A stretch of 64,000 nt of DNA from Candidatus Poseidoniales archaeon (lineage in GTDB: Archaea > Thermoplasmatota > Poseidoniia > Poseidoniales > Poseidoniaceae), in assembly GCA_038106355.1 (NCBI GenBank), contig JAYODQ010000003.1, forward strand, positions 2,534 to 66,533. Reading direction: 5' to 3'. Under the pieces are notes generated by a model. That model had not been told where the DNA came from and searched no databases. It saw only the letters and a program-made list of their open reading frames with translations. Both the position numbers and the translations under genes were made by a program. The first letter of the stretch is position 1. Every line of letters begins with the position of its first letter. Shown one piece after another: positions 26,724-35,930 of the stretch.

Positions 26724-29700
26724 ATGCTGTTGAGGAAAGATACTTCGTCGAAATTGACTGTTTTTTTATTGGTATCATTGTTTCTTTGTGCCGATTTACT
26801 TTTACCACAAACGCAGGACGGGTGGGAAGTTCTCGAAACAAAAAATCAAGTTTCGCATGCAATAAGCAATCATTATGTCATCGCAGATACGTACATCAAC
26901 GAATCCTCACCCGGCACCAATTACAACGGTTCTGATACTGGATATTTGATTCCGACCGACGGAGAAGAAACACGAATTCTTCTCGATTTCCCCATGAATT
27001 TCACTTCGAGTGATATCATTTACAATGCAAGTGTCGAATTGACATGCACCATTCTCTCCGGTCAATCCACAAGCGAAATTTCTGTCTACCCAGCACGAAT
27101 GAGCCAGGGGTGGAATTCAACAATCGTTTCATGGAGTTATTATGCAAACAACTTGTTGTGGGCTCAAGGAGGTGCAGATGGTGCATCGGATCGCTTTGAC
27201 TGGGAGCCGCCAAGCCTTGCAACCTCTACTGGTGTCTTGGCCATCAACGTGACATCATTAGCCCAGCAAGCCGCTAAAAACAATCTTGGAAAATTGCGCC
27301 TCATTCTTGCCGCTACAGGAACCTCATATGCTTGTGATTTGTCTGAAACACAGAATTCAAACAGTCAACCGGTTCTCGTCATTGATTCATCCACAGGAAC
27401 TCCGACAAGTGGTGGGGCTGTTGAATTTAATCTTCCAATCGAAGATGGTGCCCCATGGATGACCTCAGATTTCATCCTCACCGCCGAAACAACACCAACG
27501 ATTGCTTACAAAAATCATACGGCAAGCGATGTTGAACTTCAACTGAGCCACTCCTCTGACTGGAAAGATGGTGTTGTGGTGACCAACGAACGACATTATT
27601 CGACGCTGTGGAACTCATTCCAAACTTCTGGGTCATCTGGTTCGTTTACCATCCCATCATCCGATGAGTTTTCCAATGGAACCAATGTGTACGCTCGTAT
27701 TCGTTCCATCGATACAAATCTACAGATGAGTGCTTGGAAAGAAACAAGTTTCATTCTTCCATCGCATTCCATTACCGATAATGGCGATGGTACAGCTACA
27801 TTGACGATCGAAACAAACGACCTCGGGCTTGAGTTGGATTTCATCGAAGATGCAACTGTTTCTCAAACATCTGTCACCTCAAACTTTGGTACCTCTCAAA
27901 CTCTTGATACAAGCATGACCGCATCAAAGGAAGTTCTCGGTCATATTCGACTGCGATTGAACCAACTCGGATTGCATGACAACCTGACCATCGTCGAGTC
28001 ATCGATGTCGTACGTTCGTTCCTCGTACAGTGGTAATTCCATCGTTTCACTACACGGGATGGAAGAATCAGGTGTATGGTTGGAAGATGAAATAACATGG
28101 AATCAAATGTCGAATTCTGGAGTGAATTGGTACGATGGCGGGCGCAGCAATGGTACAGCAACCATTGACGTGCTCAATGTCAACCAGTCTTCCTCAACCT
28201 TTGAGTTCAATCTTACCCAAGCTGTTCAAAATTATCTCGATGATTCAGACGCAGACCCTATGGACATGTTTGTTGCCCTTCGAGGAAAATTCGAATCATA
28301 TTCCAACGGAGAAAGTCTTGTCTTACATTCCTCGGATACCTCAACTGGGAACGACCCCTCATTCCAACTTACCTACAAATGGGGTAGCGGTGCCCCTTCA
28401 CCCGTGACCATTACTGCCCCAGAAGATGGCCTAGCGATGTGGAATAAAACTGGAGACAACCTCTCGGGCAACACTCAACCATCGCTCAACTGGTCCATTT
28501 CTTCAAGTTCTGATAACATTCTGTTCCAAATTGCAAGGGATGAAGATTTCAGATTGCGAGACCTCGTCCTCGACACTCGAGTGGACAATGATTTCTCACC
28601 TACGGATGGAACATTCACAATGAACGGCTCGAGAACCCTTTCAAAAGGAAACATGTACTTTTGGAGAATGGCCACCGTCGATTCGGCAGGGCATTATGGT
28701 ACCTGGATTTCATCAAGTTTCATGGTCAGTAACCTTGAGAGCACATACCTTGGTAACGACAGGTATGAATTTAGAATCCGTCACGGGAATGGAACCAACG
28801 ATAATCAATACCCAGAATGTATGGACACCTTCATCGACAGTTCGTCGGTCAATGCAAATTACAATGGCGACTCGGAAATGTCCATCGAATACAACAACCC
28901 AGATAAAACAACTATTCTGATGGGTTGCAACTTGGTTTCAAACCTCTTACCAGCGGGATATGCAGTCGAATCTGCACAGTTGCACGTCACCTTAACAGAT
29001 GCACCGTACAATGCCCCGGTGATTGGTGCATGGGAGAGCCGTCAACACAACTGGTCCGATGATGATGCGACGTGGTCGAGTTACGATGCTTCGAATTCAT
29101 GGGCGACTGCTGGAGCAAATGGATGGGAACGTGGAGCCCTGCTGTCAAGTTTGACACTTGGTAGCTCCTACTTTGGAAACGATGTTGTTGAGTTCAATGT
29201 CACTCAAGCCGTTCAAAATGCAATGCGTGAAGGACGTCGAGTTGACTTTATCATCGATCAAATCGGTGTTCCCTCGGGTGGTTTTAGCAGTGCATACTTT
29301 AACACTGCTGAGTCGTCAACCGAAGCCTATCGGCCTGAGATTACCTTTGTGTACATGCCCGGTTCCAACGCTGTACCGCAGAATCCAACCCTCACCTCAC
29401 CATTGAATGGTTCATGGTCCATTGGAACAGGAGTGGACCTTACACCGATTTCGACACCACAATTTGAATGGAATTTTACCGGAAGTATGGCCATTGGTGG
29501 TTGGGTTGTTCAACTTGATAACGTATCTACTTTCGACTCAGGTAACGCCGTGACATACACCTCTTGGAACGATGCAGGCTTTGATGTTCAAAATGAAACA
29601 TTTACTCCATCATCGTCCCTCACAACCGGAAAAACCTACCACTGGCGTGTCCGAGCAATTTCCTCGACAAATCAAATCGGAAATTGGTCTTCAGTGAACT

Positions 29701-32700
29701 CATTCCACCTACCAGACCTCACAACTTGGGTTGAGAATTCAACCACAGCAGCCGTTGAAATCCATCACCATGATGCCTTGCCACATCTCCAGATACCACA
29801 CCTCTATGACACCTATATCATCGAGAACGGAAGTGGTGCCTCTTCCACATATGCAACTTCACAAACATTGCGAGTCGGTCGTCACAGCAATGGATACAAT
29901 GCTGTGGCTTTGCTCAAAATACCTCTCAGCGCCATTCCACAACCAGCGAACGCTCGAGTTGTTAACGCTGAATTGAATGTGTTTTCAGATTTGAATTCGG
30001 ACCAATCCCTCCCTATCGCAGTCCGCCCGGTGCTTGTGAATTGGAATGAATCTGCAAATTCAACTACGTACGATGGAGTCAACAATTGGACCCAACTTGG
30101 CGGACGTTCAATTGGTAACGATGTTGGTTTGTATTCCGATATCGTTGAGACGGTCACCGACGATTGGATGAATTGGGATGTTACGGAACTTGTCCAACTT
30201 GCCATTGCAAACAGTCAGACTCATTTGTCCGTCATGCTGTATGCACCATCTTCAACCACGAGCGATGCCTTGTTGTATTCAACATCCTACCCAACCGCTT
30301 CAAAGCGACCGTGGTTGAATCTTACTTGGTCGGCAGGTGCAGCATCCACACCAACAACTGCAGCAATCAACAGTCTACCTGCCAACAATGCGGTCATGTG
30401 GGATACGAATTCTCATGCAGTCCAAGCGAACTTCAGGCCTACGATGAGTTGGACATACTCCGGTTCGAACATTACCGCCTGGCGAGTGTTCATCCTTCAA
30501 GATTCAAACGATGACATGCAAGGGCTGTACACCTACGACTCCAGAGTCAATACTTCGGCGTTCGACTTACAAAATTTACAATTCACCCCACCTGCTGACC
30601 TTGACTTTTCCGAAGAAATTCGATGGATAGTTCAACCTGTCCGTGATGGGATGATTGGCCCTCGTAGTTCATCCACCATCTTTTACATCCCGACCGTTGT
30701 TGGTGGAGAGGTCAATTCAACGGATGCACATTTGATGATTCAGGAAGGTTCGATGATCGATGCGTTGAATTATCCAACTGCAACACAAGATACGTACCTT
30801 GACAGTGGTAACACGCAGGCAAACCAAGGCAGTTCGGATTCGTTGTTCGCAGGGCGAAGTGCCAATTCATACAACACCGCATCCTTGAGATCAAGTTCAC
30901 TCATCTCAATTCAACTCTCATCCGTGCCATTGCCTACAACGTACGAAGTTGTGAATGCCACACTTGATGTGGATGTCACTTCGTTTACAGGAAACGCTAT
31001 TTCCATCTCCGTTTCAGAAATGCTTTCTACATGGAGCGAGTCTTCATCATGGGCGTACCCTGCAGGAAATACAAGTGCTTGGCAAGGTATAGGTGCATAT
31101 CATTCAGCAGACTCAGATGGCATCAACGATATACAAATTGTGAATTCAACCGGGTTGGTTCAATTTAACATCACTGCCATTTTACAACACGCGCTTGCAT
31201 CAGGGCAAACGTCACTGAATGTCATTTTACAGCCCGAAGAAGATTCAAACGGCAATGTCGTTGGACGTGCACAATTTGCAAGTTCAGAGCATAACAACAT
31301 CACCATTCGCCCCCGAATCAACATGACATACAGAACAAACCCAAGTTGGGCTATGCCAGCTCCCGGTAGTTTGCTTCCCGCAGACGGCACAATTCTATGG
31401 GATGCAACTTCCTCACTCCCAGCGGGCCAAGATACATCCTACTTCTCCATCACACCCGCTGTATCAAACGAAACCAGATTCGTGTACTGCAAGAGCAATG
31501 AACCCCGATTTTCCGTTGAAACAGAATGTTTTGATACCAATGACCCTGGTCAAGGTCAAACGTTCTATTCCTCGAACAACACCCTTGAAATCAACAATAT
31601 GGACAAAGGCGATTTCTGGACGTATTGGCGAGTACGTTCGGACCAAGACCATCGAATAGGTGAATGGTCTGCTGTTCATTCATTCCGAAATCCAAACAAC
31701 ATCGGAACGAACAATTCGGGTAACTACACCGTGAATCTTAGCCGCGGAACTGTGTTCAGTGTTTCTGGCTTATTGCCAGAAGCACAGGATGTTTCACTCT
31801 CAACCAATCAAACATCGACAGCAGGAGCAGCAGCATCGATGAACCTCGGATTTTCAAGCAGTGGAGAAGCGCAAATCTTTGTTGAATTTGATTTGAGCGA
31901 TATCCATTTCCCAGCAAATGCCATGCCAACCAATGTCATATTGAAACTGTACAGAAGTTCACTCACAGGAAACTCTGCCTCCACCATATCTGCTCATGCA
32001 TGCAATAGTTTTGATGAATCGACAGTTGTATGGTCAACAAAACCAACGTGCTCACCAACGGAAATTACACGAACAACATTGACTTTGTTACCACCGAATC
32101 AATGGATTGATTGGGATATAACAGGTCTTGCTCAAGACAATTTTGCGAATGGAAATTACACCTTTTCCATCATGCTCAAATCGGTGGGTACACCCTTGAC
32201 GACCCATACCTTTGCCTCGGCAGAATCGTCGTCCTCTCAATTTTGGCCAACGTTGTCCTTTGAATACGTTGACAATGTCAACAACATCACTCCTCCAAGC
32301 CAACCATCGTTGAATTCACCCAACGACGGTGAGGTGTTGTATAACCTTACAAATGGATTGTTGAGTTCCAACCAGTACCCAACATTGTCTTGGAATGCGG
32401 TTTCTGGTGCATCTGGTTACATGTTGACCATTTCAAACGAAACCGGAGTCTACAAATTCCGCTCATGGGAACAAAATTCAGGAATTTCTGGAACAACATT
32501 CCAATTTACCAACGCCTTGACCCCAGGAGAAATTTTCACTTGGTGGGTGTCAGCGTTCAACCAAAGCATCCCCGGTGCATCTTCTGCACGTTGGACCTTT
32601 GCCATCGGTGACCCAAGCCATACATACAATTCCAACACTGAGATCTTTACCTACGAATTCCAAACTGGAAATGAGGTGGAGTCCTTTGGTCATACGAACA

Positions 32701-35700
32701 TTCAAGATTCCACGCTGAACTCTGAATTTGCTGATGTGAACCTCGGCGATAGTGCCTACTTGCAAAGTGGAACATTCTGTGGGACCTTGTATGCACATCA
32801 GTGCCGACTTGTTTTCAGCCTTGACCCTTCACAGGTTCCATTCGACGCCAATCAAAGTGTTCATTCAGCAGCCCTCGGATTGTACGTCGACGACTGGGAG
32901 AGCGCTCAATCGGCAACATTGATGACATTCAGAGTCTATCCTCTGCTCACAACCGCTTGGTCTCAATCTGGTTCGACATGGAATGAATCCTCCAGCGGTG
33001 TTGGATGGTCAACACCAGGTCTTGGCTCAGGTGTGGAGTATGGTTCAACCCCAATCTCCACCATTACGATGTCTGTGGGTCAAACTGGATGGATTTGGTT
33101 TGATATTGGTGCACCAGGAATGAATCTTGCGAACACCCAAGGGTGGGTCATCATCGGTTCATCGAATGTGGGCGTAGCACATGCTCAATTCTATTCCAGT
33201 GAGTATCAAGGCAACAGTGCCCTTCGGCCGAAAATATTGTTCAACACAACCAATATTTCGACCATTACCGTGACCCCAGGTGGTACAACAATTGACGCAG
33301 ATTCCACCCAGCTCTTTGCAGCCGTTGCAAAAGATTTCAACAGCGTCACAAAGTCTGTTCTGCTTGAATGGTCTTCGAGCAGCGGTAACATTGGGAGCAA
33401 TGGTCTCTTCACCCCAAGTGCAGCAGGTACGCAAACCGTGCAAGCATGTTTTGGCCTTGTTTGTGGAACACAAACCATCATTGTCACCGCCGGTGCACCC
33501 GTTACACTGCAAGTCACTCCGTTGACTGCGACCATCACCGCCGATGAGACACTTACCCTGACTGCAAACATGGTTGACCAACATGGTAACCCTGTAACAG
33601 GCGTTTCACTCACCTATACTCCATCCAATGGAAGTATGAGTGCGGTGATGCCTAATATTTTCCAACCATATGCCGTCGGTCAACATACCATCCTTGTGTC
33701 ACATCCAGCATCGGGCAATTCAGTAACCATCGATGTCACCGTCACCAATGGTGCACCTGCTTATTTTGAAGTGAGTGGCTGCGAAGGAACCGTTGCTGCA
33801 GGTGTTTGGTGCGAGATTACAACGCGACTGTTTGATCAGTTTGGCAATCTGCTCGACATTGAAGATGCAGGAGCATTAACTTGGACAACGACCAATGGAA
33901 ATTATTCTGATGTCAACGATGAGTATTTCCCTGACCATGTCGGTTCATGGCATCTGAACCTTTCTTCAGCCGTAGGCTTGACATATTCTCTTCCAATTAC
34001 AGTTGGTCATGGTGAAATGGCATACCTTGAGATTACATCCTCAGGTTTGGAAATTACAGCGGATGAAATCATTTACCTCAACACAACTCGAATTGATGTA
34101 CGAGGAAATAGATTACCAGTGTACCTGCCGAGTAACAATTGGACGAAGATTCAAGATGGTATCCTGACCCCTGGTCAGCCGGCTTCTTGGGAACCAAAAT
34201 CCAGAGGTTCCAAGGTGCTTGAAGCACGTTATGAAGATAAATCCACTCAAATCACCATCGTGGTTTTGGACGGTCAAATTCAGCGTTTGATTCTCCTTGT
34301 CGATGGTGAAGAAGTATCAGGTACGTCACAAGAAATGACAGCGGATGATTCGATGGAAGTTAAGGTTCGAGCAACGGATAGCAAAGGAAATATTTGGGAA
34401 TTGAATGCTGAATGGATTGTCAATCACCCATCGATTGCTTCTGCATCATCATCCCTTGAAGAATATCAGGGCGGCGTTGTGATCGAACGTTCTGTCATTT
34501 TCAGTCCATACAAAGCAAGCAGTTCCTCTTACACGATTCGTGCATCGTTTACGCAAGACAATACAACTCACACAACACAATTTGAAGTGAAGGTGTCTGC
34601 TGGTGTTCTTGAATCTGTCATCATCAATGCCATGGCGGGTGATGGTGTACCCAATACTCAATTTGAGATATCTGCGGACGATTCTATCCAATTTGCGATT
34701 ACGCTGACCGATGCCAAGGAAAATCCAGTGGATTCATCAAATGTTCGATGGTTGCTCTACAACCGAGACACAGATGCTGTTAGTGACATCACTGTGGCCA
34801 TGTTGTATCATGGTTTGATGTGGAACGCAACAAAGGTTGGAAATTACGAGATTGTTGCCTATGACGTCAGTTCAACCAACTACAACATTTCTGACAGTGT
34901 TCTCATTACGGTGTACCATGGAGAGGCCATTGAATTGATTCTCTCCTCAACGAACAAAACCATCGTTGCTGGCTCAATTGTTGAATTATCGGTCACTGGC
35001 AAAGACGCTGATGGTAATTTGTTCGCCCAAAATGTCGATTGGTATGAAGGTGGTGATGTTGTCGAAGGACTTGAATCAAATGAGGATGAAGACGGAGCGT
35101 ACCAATACACAGGGACGATAGCAGTAATTCATACCCTTACATTTGAATATGGTATCGCCCAATCGAGTGTTGAGATTACTGTCTTACCACAAGCCATCAC
35201 TGCACGACTCGAAGTCGAGTTAAGCACAACGACCGTTGAGCAACTTGGTTCGTTTGAGGTATACATTCGTGCCTTTGACATGTACGACAACGAAATTGAA
35301 GTTCCTTCAAGTGTTCAAGTCGATGCATCTGGAAGGGGTACTGTGATGATGATCAACACCTCCACATGGAAAGTTACGACGCTCGATGAAGGCACTCAGA
35401 GTGTCACCATCAGTGTTGGCCCAGTGCTTGAAAAAGTCGAATTTTCAGTCACAGGTACACTCGAAGGCTTCTTTGAAGCCGGCGGTACGCTGTATTATGT
35501 TGGAGCAGTCCTTGGTGCAATTGCTTTGCTTGGAGCGATCATTGGTCTGGTTATCTTCATGCGGTCAAACAAAACAGACTGGGACCTTGAAGACGAGGAA
35601 GACGATGATGATGATGATGATACACCAGTCCAAAAGCCAACACCGGCAGGTCTCAAAACTGGTCCAACCGGTGCTCCACCAGCAGCCGGTCCTTCAGGAC

Positions 35701-35909
35701 CACCACCCTCGGGCGGCCCAAGTGGACCACCGCCAGCCGATGTTGAAGAGGTGCCCGAAGACGTCGAAGAAGAGGAGGAGGCTTGGGATTATACCCAAGA
35801 TGAAAGTTACCGAGTCGATGAAGCTGGCACTGAGTGGTACCAAGACGATGAAGGTACGTGGTGGTACAGGGAAGAGAATCAAGAAGATTGGAGCGCGTGG
35901 GAAGAGTGA
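26724..35909 (+). CDS. Giant surface protein (~3061 aa): signal/anchor, at least 7 alternating FN3-like and DNRLRE/CBM-like modules, about 10 Ig-like (Big_2-type) repeats, a TM helix, and an acidic/Pro-rich cytoplasmic tail ending in a Trp-rich motif.
   Basis: The N-terminal hydrophobic segment is LTVFLLVSLFLCADLLL. Recurrent module starts are DTYI/DTFI/DTYL...N-Y/F-G/N...L. Recurrent motifs of the form tYhWRVRA...WS..F appear. C-terminal repeats look like ITVTPGGTTIDADSTQLFAAV and LQVTPLTATITADETLTLTA. The TM is LYYVGAVLGAIALLGAIIGLVIFM (~35488-35561). The listed TTG at 26715 is possible, but ATG 26724 is preferred. Confidence 0.85.
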   Translation: MLLRKDTSSKLTVFLLVSLFLCADLLLPQTQDGWEVLETKNQVSHAISNHYVIADTYINESSPGTNYNGSDTGYLIPTDGEETRILLDFPMNFTSSDIIYNASVELTCTILSGQSTSEISVYPARMSQGWNSTIVSWSYYANNLLWAQGGADGASDRFDWEPPSLATSTGVLAINVTSLAQQAAKNNLGKLRLILAATGTSYACDLSETQNSNSQPVLVIDSSTGTPTSGGAVEFNLPIEDGAPWMTSDFILTAETTPTIAYKNHTASDVELQLSHSSDWKDGVVVTNERHYSTLWNSFQTSGSSGSFTIPSSDEFSNGTNVYARIRSIDTNLQMSAWKETSFILPSHSITDNGDGTATLTIETNDLGLELDFIEDATVSQTSVTSNFGTSQTLDTSMTASKEVLGHIRLRLNQLGLHDNLTIVESSMSYVRSSYSGNSIVSLHGMEESGVWLEDEITWNQMSNSGVNWYDGGRSNGTATIDVLNVNQSSSTFEFNLTQAVQNYLDDSDADPMDMFVALRGKFESYSNGESLVLHSSDTSTGNDPSFQLTYKWGSGAPSPVTITAPEDGLAMWNKTGDNLSGNTQPSLNWSISSSSDNILFQIARDEDFRLRDLVLDTRVDNDFSPTDGTFTMNGSRTLSKGNMYFWRMATVDSAGHYGTWISSSFMVSNLESTYLGNDRYEFRIRHGNGTNDNQYPECMDTFIDSSSVNANYNGDSEMSIEYNNPDKTTILMGCNLVSNLLPAGYAVESAQLHVTLTDAPYNAPVIGAWESRQHNWSDDDATWSSYDASNSWATAGANGWERGALLSSLTLGSSYFGNDVVEFNVTQAVQNAMREGRRVDFIIDQIGVPSGGFSSAYFNTAESSTEAYRPEITFVYMPGSNAVPQNPTLTSPLNGSWSIGTGVDLTPISTPQFEWNFTGSMAIGGWVVQLDNVSTFDSGNAVTYTSWNDAGFDVQNETFTPSSSLTTGKTYHWRVRAISSTNQIGNWSSVNSFHLPDLTTWVENSTTAAVEIHHHDALPHLQIPHLYDTYIIENGSGASSTYATSQTLRVGRHSNGYNAVALLKIPLSAIPQPANARVVNAELNVFSDLNSDQSLPIAVRPVLVNWNESANSTTYDGVNNWTQLGGRSIGNDVGLYSDIVETVTDDWMNWDVTELVQLAIANSQTHLSVMLYAPSSTTSDALLYSTSYPTASKRPWLNLTWSAGAASTPTTAAINSLPANNAVMWDTNSHAVQANFRPTMSWTYSGSNITAWRVFILQDSNDDMQGLYTYDSRVNTSAFDLQNLQFTPPADLDFSEEIRWIVQPVRDGMIGPRSSSTIFYIPTVVGGEVNSTDAHLMIQEGSMIDALNYPTATQDTYLDSGNTQANQGSSDSLFAGRSANSYNTASLRSSSLISIQLSSVPLPTTYEVVNATLDVDVTSFTGNAISISVSEMLSTWSESSSWAYPAGNTSAWQGIGAYHSADSDGINDIQIVNSTGLVQFNITAILQHALASGQTSLNVILQPEEDSNGNVVGRAQFASSEHNNITIRPRINMTYRTNPSWAMPAPGSLLPADGTILWDATSSLPAGQDTSYFSITPAVSNETRFVYCKSNEPRFSVETECFDTNDPGQGQTFYSSNNTLEINNMDKGDFWTYWRVRSDQDHRIGEWSAVHSFRNPNNIGTNNSGNYTVNLSRGTVFSVSGLLPEAQDVSLSTNQTSTAGAAASMNLGFSSSGEAQIFVEFDLSDIHFPANAMPTNVILKLYRSSLTGNSASTISAHACNSFDESTVVWSTKPTCSPTEITRTTLTLLPPNQWIDWDITGLAQDNFANGNYTFSIMLKSVGTPLTTHTFASAESSSSQFWPTLSFEYVDNVNNITPPSQPSLNSPNDGEVLYNLTNGLLSSNQYPTLSWNAVSGASGYMLTISNETGVYKFRSWEQNSGISGTTFQFTNALTPGEIFTWWVSAFNQSIPGASSARWTFAIGDPSHTYNSNTEIFTYEFQTGNEVESFGHTNIQDSTLNSEFADVNLGDSAYLQSGTFCGTLYAHQCRLVFSLDPSQVPFDANQSVHSAALGLYVDDWESAQSATLMTFRVYPLLTTAWSQSGSTWNESSSGVGWSTPGLGSGVEYGSTPISTITMSVGQTGWIWFDIGAPGMNLANTQGWVIIGSSNVGVAHAQFYSSEYQGNSALRPKILFNTTNISTITVTPGGTTIDADSTQLFAAVAKDFNSVTKSVLLEWSSSSGNIGSNGLFTPSAAGTQTVQACFGLVCGTQTIIVTAGAPVTLQVTPLTATITADETLTLTANMVDQHGNPVTGVSLTYTPSNGSMSAVMPNIFQPYAVGQHTILVSHPASGNSVTIDVTVTNGAPAYFEVSGCEGTVAAGVWCEITTRLFDQFGNLLDIEDAGALTWTTTNGNYSDVNDEYFPDHVGSWHLNLSSAVGLTYSLPITVGHGEMAYLEITSSGLEITADEIIYLNTTRIDVRGNRLPVYLPSNNWTKIQDGILTPGQPASWEPKSRGSKVLEARYEDKSTQITIVVLDGQIQRLILLVDGEEVSGTSQEMTADDSMEVKVRATDSKGNIWELNAEWIVNHPSIASASSSLEEYQGGVVIERSVIFSPYKASSSSYTIRASFTQDNTTHTTQFEVKVSAGVLESVIINAMAGDGVPNTQFEISADDSIQFAITLTDAKENPVDSSNVRWLLYNRDTDAVSDITVAMLYHGLMWNATKVGNYEIVAYDVSSTNYNISDSVLITVYHGEAIELILSSTNKTIVAGSIVELSVTGKDADGNLFAQNVDWYEGGDVVEGLESNEDEDGAYQYTGTIAVIHTLTFEYGIAQSSVEITVLPQAITARLEVELSTTTVEQLGSFEVYIRAFDMYDNEIEVPSSVQVDASGRGTVMMINTSTWKVTTLDEGTQSVTISVGPVLEKVEFSVTGTLEGFFEAGGTLYYVGAVLGAIALLGAIIGLVIFMRSNKTDWDLEDEEDDDDDDDTPVQKPTPAGLKTGPTGAPPAAGPSGPPPSGGPSGPPPADVEEVPEDVEEEEEAWDYTQDESYRVDEAGTEWYQDDEGTWWYREENQEDWSAWEE
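35604..35621 (+). repeat. (GAT)6 trinucleotide microsatellite encoding a poly-Asp run in the cytoplasmic tail.
   Basis: Read directly: gac gat gat gat gat gat gat, which translates to D7. Confidence 0.9.
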
Positions 35910-35930
35910 AAGGTCATTGGAGGATTGTGA

